Notes under the pieces: model-generated
What the model saw: only the letters and a program-made list of their open reading frames with translations
Told to the model about the DNA's origin: nothing
The model's database searches: none
Translations under genes and position numbers: made by a program
Assembly (NCBI GenBank): GCA_951406725.2
Contig: OX597819.1
Location: 59,520,001-59,584,000 of the forward strand
From: Octopus vulgaris
Taxonomy: Eukaryota
Length of the DNA: 64,000 bases
Reading direction: 5' to 3'
Shown here: piece after piece, positions 40,110-50,460 of the stretch
Position numbering within the stretch: position 1 is the first letter of the stretch
Layout of the letters: the number at the start of each line of letters is the position of its first letter

Positions 40110-40500
40110 TCATCATCATCATCATGGTTTAACCGGGGTCTGGGAAGCCAGGAGGCTGCACCAAGCTCCAGTCTGATCTGGCAGTGTTTCTACAGCTGGA
40201 TGTCCTTCCTAATGCCAACCACTCCGTGAGAGTAGTGGGTGCTTTTTACGTGCCACCGGCATCACAAACAATTCCATTTGATTTTTATTTTGATGTTGAC
40301 GTACTTGACTCAATAGGTCTCCTCAAGCACAGCAGGTTGCCCCACAATCCAAGGTACTTTGAATGGGCTGGGGCTGGTTGTGTGAAGTTGATGTAGGATA
40401 CAGCCATGAACTCAGTTTGTCAGGTCTTCGCAGTCACAGCTTATCTCCAGAGGTCTCAGTCTTTTGTCATTGCCTCTGTGTATCCCAACGTTCGAAGGTC
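40110..40500 (-). mobile_element. RTE LINE extreme 3' end with family D tail
   Basis: Minus strand links GAGGCAATGACAAAAGACTGAGACCTCTGGAGATAAGCTGTG (RTE ORF end, compare 25590-25650) to the D tail and (GAT)n. Confidence 0.7.
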
Positions 40501-43500
40501 AGAAGGATATGTACACAGCCCTTTCTGACAAACTAAACCAATTTAAAAAAAAGAAGAAAAAAAAGGTTCTCTTTCTATATAAACTTCTTGTTATTTTAGT
40601 TCCTGAAAGTGAAAGAAATGACTCCAGATTAAAAGGCATTCCAGCTAATACTATTCCATGTCTTCAGGTCCAATTCATCTAACATTGTGATCATTTTTTA
40701 GTTGATAGAGTATGAATTTCTATCTTGCAGATCAAATAACCTGATAGAGGTATGATACAGCAATTAGATGGCAGAATACTAGCTTCACGGACTAAATACT
40801 TTGCAATATAAAGTTGTCTTCCTTTACTTACATTTCAGTCTTCCCATTATCAAAATTTCTTTTCATCCTTTTAAAACTGTTGTCATTTAGTCCCAAGTTA
40901 GCTCTGATTAAGCATGTCTATGATCATAAGTGTTTCAGCTATGATCATCCTACATTTTGGGATATCTCAATCAACATTATCCATTTTGTTCTTCCTAGAT
41001 TAAGTGTAGTGTGATTTAAAAGAAGTTGGCTTTTCATTAACAGAACGAGTGATCATGTACAAGCTCCTTGCTGACTCAGAATTGATAACATAAGTATAAA
41101 TCAAAAACTAAAATCCTTTCTTATAAATTTGAGACCTTGTGCCAAATGTTAGAAATTTCAAGATTTTATAAAAAAATATGATATAACTCATATCAGATCA
41201 GAAACTGTCCTAAATTATTGAAGTATAATAAGCTAAAATGTTAGTAATGAAAACATTTTATTAGTCTCGCAGCAGAAACATTTAACTGGGCATTTTGCTG
41301 CATGAAAACAAATTTATTCTTTAGTTAATTATAGTTTAAGTTTGACAAAAATCTCATTTTCAGTACCATCATTCATAAAATATTTCCAAAGATAGATGTG
41401 CTAATAAATATACAGTTACTTTGAGTGGCAGAGATTATTAGCATAGATATCTAGTTCAAGAGGCAATTAATTCAAAGTAACATTTTTTTCACACTTTACT
41501 ACTTATTAGAAAACAAGTCTCTCACACACGTGGTGATTATACACTAGTGTTAATTTTCAGGAAGTTGGTAGAGAAAGCTTGACAGGATCTAAACAGATTT
41601 ATGACAATGATTACCTCCAGCTCTTTCAGTTAATTCTGAAAACAAAAGCAGCTACAGAGTTATACACATGAATTAATTTAGTGAAAGCTTAAATATAAAA
41701 AAAAAAATGACTGATGGTTATTTTCAGTGGGGCTTAACAAAAATGACAAAAAAAAAAGGGAAACAATAGAAAATTTGTTTTGGTATATAATCACTCAGTG
41801 AAATTTTATATTCTTAAAATAGATTTTACACTTTAAAATTAGTCACCTGATCTAATTAATTTTTAGTGTTAAAATGGGTTAAAATAAGTAGCTTAATCAA
41901 AAGATAAATACTTAATGAAAGGGTATAAATAAATATTTGTAGTTTCAGACGAGGTTACTTAGAAAGATGAGTTTTAAAATCTAAGGTTGAATTAATAGTA
42001 ACCAATCAATGTATGAATGCAGTTAGATCTGTTATGATTAAGAATTTCCTTTCATAATCACAGTTCCAACTTCAATCTCACCATTTCGGAAAAATGTCTT
42101 TTGGCTATACCCTTGGTTCAATTCAAGCCTTATAAGCAAAACTGGGTAGACAGAAACTATGCAGAAACCCACCAAAACAAACTGTAATTATTTTGGGATG
42201 ACAGACTTAATCTATCAACTTAACATCTTCAGCTATGACTACTGGACTCTGACTACAACAAATGAGTCTTATTCCCTTTCCACCAGGAGGTGCTGCAAAA
42301 ATAAATACATAAATGAAGTCTTCATGGGCATTGTCCTGTCTCCTCCCTCAGCTATACAAAAAAGCAGCACTTGTGAAGATGGAGCTTAGCATATTGATAA
42401 CTGCTTGCTGAAAAATGACATTTAAAATTTGTGGAATTGATTCTTTTCTGCTTTCTATTTTAGAAAACACTTAGGATTTTTAGATTTACAGTAACAATCA
42501 TATCCAAAAGAATCGATTTTATAGCAAAAGATTAAATTAACAAAATTATACATCAGAAAACACAGAATTCAAATTTTCTTCTTCAATTTATTTAACATTT
42601 TTTTTTTCTTTTTACTTGTCAATTTTTTTTTTACTAACCTTTTGCAAACATTGTACCAAAAAGTCAATAAATACATAACAGGCAAGATCACAGGTCAACA
42701 ATACAGATAACAACTCTTCAAAATGTAATATGAGGTGGAAAGAAAGAAAATGAGTAAAAATGTGTTACTAGAGGCAGAAGAATTTATATTTTCAACCAAT
42801 CAAAAAATTCAGAATTTAACCAGCTGTTACTCAGGAAAAATAAATGCTCAAGAGGTTTAAATAAAAAAAATAAAAAAAAGGTCTGAGAGAGAGATTTATC
42901 TGACAAAGATGATGATAATAGTAGTATGGGTATTTGGTGGGTAAATGTGTTTCTGACATACACGCATACTTGGTTTAAATTGTTGATATCTTGCTATGTC
43001 AACAACAGCAGTAACAGATTATGTAGTTAGCTACAATGGAATGCTCTCTACATAGATGAGATCACAGTTGTAGAATGAACTGAATATATTTATTAGGAGT
43101 GCGTGTGTGGGGTTGTATTATATATATATACACCATACATATATTATATGAGAGATAGATATATATATATTTAGACACACACACACACACACATGTATAT
43201 AGTCACACAAACATATATATATATAGAGACACACACACATATATGATACATATATATACATATATATATATATACATAGATACATATAACTCTAAGGAGC
43301 CCATCCTACATATATATGTGTGTGTGCGCGCGCGCGCATGTGTGTACACAGACACACACACGTGTCCCCACTTGTCTTCGCATCACAGAATGGTTGTGGA
43401 CACAAGTGTCAGTCACGTAAGTGACGTCTTCCATGAAAAATGTCTGGCTATAGGAAAAACATTACTTTGTTTGATTACAGGTGAGAGGTAGCAACAGGAA

Positions 43501-43666
43501 GGGGGATCTGGTTGCAGAAAATCTGCTTCAACAAATTTCGTCTGTCCCATGCAAGCACAAAAAAAGCAGATATTGAAACAATGATGGCAAACGAAAGTAC
43601 GGCGATAGCTTCTTGTTTATATATATGCTATATATGCCTGTATGTAAATTCTTACACATGTGTGCA

Positions 43667-43709
<43 letters not shown>

Positions 43710-44289
43710 GCATTTTATTAGAGGCTGAAAATAATTGCTTTAAACTGCTGATACTTAATAGAGAGATAAACTTAATATTCTTAACAATTATATGTGAATG
43801 CTGTTTTGTATAACAGATGGAATGTGTTAAATCCCTAGCTTAAATTACATACAAGCAATTGTTAAACATCCAAAATAGACCCAGAAACTAATATATGGTC
43901 AATAAATAGCTGTAAAGCAATTCAAATAACCTAAGAAAATTTTGGGGTCGATATTTTTCCTCCCGAGTGAGTAAATTAACAGGGAGATGTTGAGGAAACA
44001 AGAACTGATTAAAGATAGAAGGGTAGGAAAATATGCTAAGCAAACAAAAAATGTAGTTGTTAGGGTAATAATAATTCTTATATAGGCTACATATTTTGGG
44101 GATTAAATCGACTTTACTCATTGACTGGTACATATTTTGTCAACTTCCAAAGAGATGGAATGCTAAATAGATCTCAACCAGACTTGAGCTCAGGAAATAA
44201 AGAGACGTAATTAAATACTACAAAACATTTTGTCTGGCACTAACCGGTTGTAACTCACCGTCACAACAATAACATTTTGGGCACAAGAC

Positions 44290-44470
44290 CAGAAATTTTG
44301 AGTAAACGATATTGGTCGATTAAATCGACCCCAGTACGTGACTGGTACTTTTTTCTTCGTGAAATGTAAAGTTGACTCCGGCAGTATTGAACTCAGAAGG
44401 TGAAGAACCGAAACTAAATAACACAAATGCAATTTGTTCGACGCTCTAACAATCCTACCAATCCAGAACC
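44290..44470 (-). mobile_element. SINE family A copy (last clear SINE before the gene island)
   Basis: TCGACCCCAGTACGTGACTGGTACTT..TTGAACTCAGAA; a more decayed copy lies at 44060-44260. Confidence 0.7.
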
Positions 44471-47400
44471 CTAATAATTAATGCTTACACTACATTTTTA
44501 TCATTAATTAAGCATTTATTGTGGAGGTGTAAACTTGGTGGAATAAATTACTGCCAATAAAAAGAGTTTCTTAATAAAACACAAGACTGGCTTTTATAGA
44601 GTTATTGCTACTCCTTACTTAACTGTCGAGAAATCCAAAGTTGATCCTCAACATAATTACTCATCCTCTACTACATTTGGTCTGGAGCAGTCCCAGCCAT
44701 TTCCACTGTTATAATGATAATATATCTTTGCTATTACTATAAGCTACCTGCGAATTACAAAATTAATAAGGTCAATTAAGAGACAGATTTCGAAAATGTA
44801 CAAGTGAAAAGAATGTATTAGTAACCTTATTCTAGTGTTCCATTATTATCACCTGAATAGTGAAATATATGTCAAATAAACATTTATGTAACAGATTATT
44901 ATTATTACTATACTTCATGACATATTTCCCAGTAAACAATACAAGCAGGTTTGAGCTCAATACTGTCCTCCCGTCGCCGCCCTGTAACTCTAACTGAGCT
45001 GCCTTTCGTCTAGTGGAAGAGACTTTGGTAAATAATCTGAATTCCACAGCAAGAAACATACTATTGAGAAGAACGCAGCCAGTCAGCTAAGGTAAATAAA
45101 ATAACAAATATGCAGGGAGGAGGAGGAAGAGGTAATGCTTGTTTATATTTGTGAATGTGTGTGTGTTTGTGTGTCTGGTCTAGGCCAGAGGTCGAAGTAG
45201 AGAAGTATCTCTTTGTGCTGAAAATAAAGTGGACGTAGAAATGGTAGAATCCAGCAAATATTGAGTATCTATAGAGGGGAAAAAAAAAAACGTATTGACA
45301 AAATCGATAGAATAAACAAAGAACAACAGAGAGAAGAAAGAAATAAAGAGGAAGATGAGAGAGACGGAGGGGGCGGAGAAATGCTTAAGTTAGGGAGTGG
45401 GTGGTCGGTGGATCTCTGTAGCAAGCATTGAATAACGACGCAAGCACATGCTTATCGACAGCACCCTGTCTGTGTAGAAGCCTCCATTCCTACCTAAACT
45501 CTAGATAAAAGTCACGTTTTGAGCCTCGTTGGACGGCAGCAGAGAGTCACAATAACAAATTAGTGAAAACAACTACCACCACCTTCAACGAAATAAGCAT
45601 CAACTAAAAGTACACAAGACACTACTTTGAGATTTATTATGTACTGAGTTTGAAATGTTTGATAAACATAGGGAATACCTCAAATGTACTGAGAAAGCGG
45701 GAAATGAGAAGTTGATACATTCATGCATCTCTCAAAGGCGTTTAAGAAACATGGTGAAAACCACAAAACAAGAGACCGAATTTTAGAATCGACTCCGAAA
45801 GAAAATAAAAATAAAAAAAAGCTACTGCATCTTAATATTGATGTGTGTGTTTTTTTTTTCTAAATAATTTTTAAAGAATACCTAGATCCTTTAATATTAT
45901 CGTTTGCAACAGTTACTATTCGCTTAGTAGACAATCTAACGATTATTTTAGATTGAGTTTATATTCCTTCAGAAAAACCTCACATGTACACATTCTAAGC
46001 AATAATATAAAAAAAAACAAAAAAACAAAGGAGGTACTATGAAGTTGTAAGGGGTGGAGAATGATATTTATGTCTTAAAATACATCTGTGATAAAATTAT
46101 TGATAAATGCATATTAACTATATAATTGCACAAAAATGCTGGCTAGGGTAGTGACAAACATATATATATATAAAATATATATATATATATATACATACAC
46201 ACCTAAACACGAGAAAGAGAAGGTAGAGGGCAAAGATAAGGAGGCCGCCAGAAAAGAGCGATGTGTCATAAATAGCAAGACGAGAGAAGGTCAACAACAT
46301 CCTGGACTTGTTGATAAACAGCCTGCTGCGAAGACTGTGTAAAAAAAGACTGGTCAATAACAGTAAACAATAACAAGATCATGTATCTTAGACATGAACT
46401 ATCTTGAGACACGCATTGTAAATAACGCATCTACACGTGTAAGCATGAAATACATGCTTAGGTAACCCCCCCAGGACATGCACACACCTATATATATATA
46501 TATAGTTATATACTTATATATACAATATACATATATATATATTCACATTCATGTGTGTGCATAGGTATGTGTAGATACAGTTAGGTGCAGATATTTAATA
46601 AACTATACTTGTATGTATGTATGTCTATATATATATGCACGTATACATATATACTCATATTTATACACATATATATATATACATACACACACACACAAGA
46701 GCATAAATTATATAAGTATATTATATTATGCTAAGATAGCTGCGTGTTATAATTGTAATTCGCAGTTAGATAGCAGTCTGCCAGGGGAAAAATGAAACTG
46801 ATAATTTGTTTTAAATTCATCTGAAAAAATATTAAGACTTCCTAGAAAAGTATTAAAGAGAGACGCTGATAATTGCATAGATTATCAACATTAATTAGCA
46901 ACAATTTAAAGACCATCGTAATTTAAATAACCTTAACGTAGAGTGGTGAGGATGTGTGAAGGAGAGAAAAAGATAGACCCAGATTGCTTTTTTTTTTTTT
47001 GGTCTTTTAAATACCTAAGTAAATTTCAACTGAAAACTGTATATGTGTATCTGAGAGTCGTTTATTCCACACCGCCCCAGATCAACCCTGAACGAGGGAG
47101 GAAACATTCAATCAATCTTTCCAACCGTGACCATTAGGTATTTTTTTCTAACTCTTCTAGACAATCCAATCTGTCTTTCCACTGACAGACAGTACGGCGA
47201 GATTTTGGCTCGTGTGTCCGAATTATTTATGGCACCGGGGTAGAGGCTGCGTCGGTTTAGAGTCGGTGTCAGCCATGCTATATTTTACCAGGGAGGACCC
47301 ATCGCTAATTAAAAAAAAAATCCTATATAGTACAGTTGTGTATGTGTGTAAGAGAGAGTTGCCTAATATACATAGCAATGAAAACAACCTTCCGCATTCA

Positions 47401-47616
47401 GTTGCACTGTAAATATTTTCATATATATTAAATTACCAACGGTCACTAATATCCACGCTGGTGGACAGAGGGAGTTGTAAATATATATGCTGATTTTTTT
47501 TTCTAATCGTGAAAATAGCCAAAATAAAAACTGATAAAGCAGAACAGTATGTATGTGTATCTATAGAGAATATATATATAGAGAGAGACATTATTTATAC
47601 ACACATATACATACAT

Positions 47617-47648
<32 letters not shown>

Positions 47649-47786
47649 CATATGCATGCGTATGTGATAAATTTATATTCTTTACCACCCTATAAAAAAA
47701 TAATAAACCACGAGGGATGTCGATTTGTTTGGGCTGATGATAAAATTGAGTGGAGTGGGAAGGTAGAGAAATTAAACACACACCAC

Positions 47787-47825
<39 letters not shown>

Positions 47826-48847
47826 CGTACATATACACACACAACACTGTTGTGGTGGTGGAAGATGAAGTGTTGTTGATACAAGAGACTAGCGTGACCG
47901 AAGAAGCAGCATATATACTAAAGACAGTGCCACCCACACAAATCAAACCAGACAAAGAGCAACCACAGAACTGCGGGCAAAAATTAAAAATATATATTTA
48001 TATTTGTATGTAATATATACAGAAAAAAAAACAACACAAAACAAAATTCAAATGATCTGATTTTTTTCTTTAAAGAATTTAAATTACGGTATTTTTTTAA
48101 ACTTTCAGCATCAATAATTACATTTGTGTGTGTGTATGAGTGTATATAAAATTTAATTAAAAATATGCATTTTTCAAATAATTATATGGTTGGGAAGGGG
48201 AACACCAAATGTAGTTATGTCATATATATGTATGTATATATATGTGCATCATACATTTGTATGCATGTGCGTATATATTAAGTACATATCTATATACCTA
48301 TGTGCATATATTTGCATGCGTGTATCTGTGTGCACATACGTATATACATATATGTGAATCATACATCTATATGCATATATTTATGACCATGCACATATTT
48401 ATATACACACAAATATAACCATAGAGATGTAACACAATATATATATACATATGCATATACACACACATATATTTTTAAAAAAGACTGTCATTGACAAAGA
48501 AAACATTTGCATTTTTAAAGGACAAAAATAATGAACGATGATGGTAATAATGATAATACTAATAATAATATCTGAATAGAATTAGTTAACAATAGTAACA
48601 AGTACTGGATATCTGACGTGTACACGTTCGATCCGAGAACGCAGCTATAATTTACACATTAAATATTACCAAAAAATTTACATTATCACTCCGTCTCGGG
48701 GATTAGTATATTTTTCCATGTATTATTATTATTATTATTATCAGTATCATTATTATTATTAGAATAGAAATATAGCAAACGAAATTGTTGGAAATCACAG
48801 ATACTATTTGGAAAAATTTTAATCGACCTCCAGCCATGAAACCATGG

Positions 48848-48874
48848 GTAAATTAAACCATAGGTTTAATTTAC
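48848..48874 (-). promoter_or_regulatory. Perfect 12 bp stem, UAU triloop hairpin in the putative 3' UTR (CDE-like)
   Basis: Minus strand GUAAAUUAAACC-UAU-GGUUUAAUUUAC, about 550 nt downstream of the stop codon. The hairpin is seen directly; its function is inferred. Confidence 0.45.
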
Positions 48875-49230
48875 TGATTATAGAGAGATCGCTATTATCT
48901 CACCACCGAAATTATATATATATTATACACACACATATTCCGTAGCCACTAATGTTGTCTTGCCGGGTTATGCGGTTTGTTGTTCATACTGATATTTACC
49001 ATAGCTACTGAAACTAGCCATTTGGCTTCCTCTTTCAATAGTTAAAATATATACACACACAAACTAACCATATAGATGCGTATGGAGTGTGTGTGTGTGT
49101 ATATATATGTATATATTATACATATAAAGGAATGCCTATATACATAGATACACACAGACTCACATGTACGCTAGTTTACCCTCACCGTAATTTAGTTTCA
49201 CAGATAAATTATCTCCTTGCATAAACGAAA

Positions 49231-49261
<31 letters not shown>

Positions 49262-49419
49262 AATATATATGTGATGTGTGAAAAATGCATGTACATATGT
49301 ATGAAGTGAGTGCATGAGTGATGTTTGTGTGTATGTTTTTGTGTGGTGTGTGTGTATGTGTGTGAGTTAAAATCCACACATTTGAAATAATGTACATAAA
49401 ATGTTAAGTCAAAAATAAA

Positions 49420-50265
49420 TCATACGGTTACATCACAAAATAATTCACATTTGTCCCTAAAACTGTTTTGCTGAAATAGTAATAGTTGTTGTTGTTGACG
49501 TTCTTGCTGTAATGTACAGCAGCTGCCGGTCCCGACAGAGACCATGCCATTGTGTCCTACAGTAGTACCATTATTATTATTATTATTGTTGTTACTACTA
49601 TTACTATTATTATTAGTAGTAGTCATTATGGTGCTACTGTTAGGATTGTTGTTATTGTTTGTATCATTATTAATGGTTGTAGAACCAGTGCTTCTATGTA
49701 ATCCATACAGTCGACGCACAGCTTCCTGAATTAAAGTCTGTGTAGAAAGCAATTTTTGGTGATGCCTGTAGTCTGTATTACAACCGTTTCTAGTCCGGAC
49801 ATCTTCGATATACACATAATTTTTCCTCCTCTTGTTGACCACGTTCCTGTGGTTTAGCCGCTTCACAACCCATTTGTTATTGTTGTCATTATTATTGAAG
49901 TTGCCGTGCCGCCAATTACTTTTCACTCGGTTTAGATGTCTGTCTCGAACGGACGGTAAAACGTAAGGCAACCAGGTGCCGGCTGAGGCAGCTTTGCAAG
50001 GTTTAGTTGGTATTACCATGCTATCGTGGTCGATGGGGACATGTGCCTGATTACCGCCACTAAAAGTAGGATGGCGACTTGGCATGCTGCTTGCTGAAGG
50101 AGAAACCGACTTCAAATGGTGACCGGTTTCGCAATGGTTATGTTGATGTTGTTGTAACTGTAATGTTTCCTCGATACCACGAGTTAACCATTCGATATCT
50201 TTTAAATCCGTTTGATTCGAAGGGCTAACATTTACAGCTCCCATGCTTTCTAACCTGATCGGCAT
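49420..50265 (-). CDS. FRAT: FRAT/GBP-like GSK3-binding protein, single exon, 281 aa
   Basis: Longest ORF in the window, not TE-like, with an upstream in-frame stop (50335-50337) and A at -3. MPIR start (FRAT1 MPCR); aa23-37 DIEWLTRGIEETLQL (FRAT1 EVDRLVAQIGETLQL); aa99-104 LPYVLP (FRAT1 APYCVA); aa164-186 TDYRHHQKLLSTQTLIQEAVRRL (FRAT1 DPHRLLQQLVLSGNLIKEAVRRL). Motif order and intronless structure match vertebrate FRAT genes. FRAT1 sequence quoted from memory. Confidence 0.85.
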   Translation of the reverse strand: MPIRLESMGAVNVSPSNQTDLKDIEWLTRGIEETLQLQQHQHNHCETGHHLKSVSPSASSMPSRHPTFSGGNQAHVPIDHDSMVIPTKPCKAASAGTWLPYVLPSVRDRHLNRVKSNWRHGNFNNNDNNNKWVVKRLNHRNVVNKRRKNYVYIEDVRTRNGCNTDYRHHQKLLSTQTLIQEAVRRLYGLHRSTGSTTINNDTNNNNNPNSSTIMTTTNNNSNSSNNNNNNNNGTTVGHNGMVSVGTGSCCTLQQERQQQQLLLFQQNSFRDKCELFCDVTV

Positions 50266-50294
50266 ATTTGCTACGATGTAGTCTCCGACAGCGT

Positions 50295-50460
50295 AACTAA
50301 GGAGTAGTGGCCTATTTCTGTGTATATTTATATTTCACATTGATAAAAGTTCTTGTTCAAGCGAACAGCCAATACACGACTAGCTACAATTAACCACGAC
50401 CAATAACGTCACGTATAGGCCAATTAAAAATCCTCGTTACTTACTTCCCTTTGAACTGGC
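50295..50460 (-). promoter_or_regulatory. Core/proximal promoter of the FRAT-like gene
   Basis: TATAAATA on minus at 50332-50325; Inr-like TTAGTT at 50300-50295; CCAAT boxes at 50369, 50400 and 50420; CRE-like TGACGTTA (minus) at 50404-50411; ETS-like ACTTCC at 50443-50448; TCF/LEF-type CCTTTGAA at 50448-50455. Confidence 0.65.

Noticed and set aside
47503-48013. Overlapping 87-150 aa ORFs downstream of the FRAT-like gene
   Set aside because: They run through (TA)n tracts and show no homology; more likely UTR or intergenic sequence.
49420-49440. C-terminal DVTV as a PDZ-binding motif
   Set aside because: No S/T at position -2 for class I, and a class II match is too common to be informative without conservation data.
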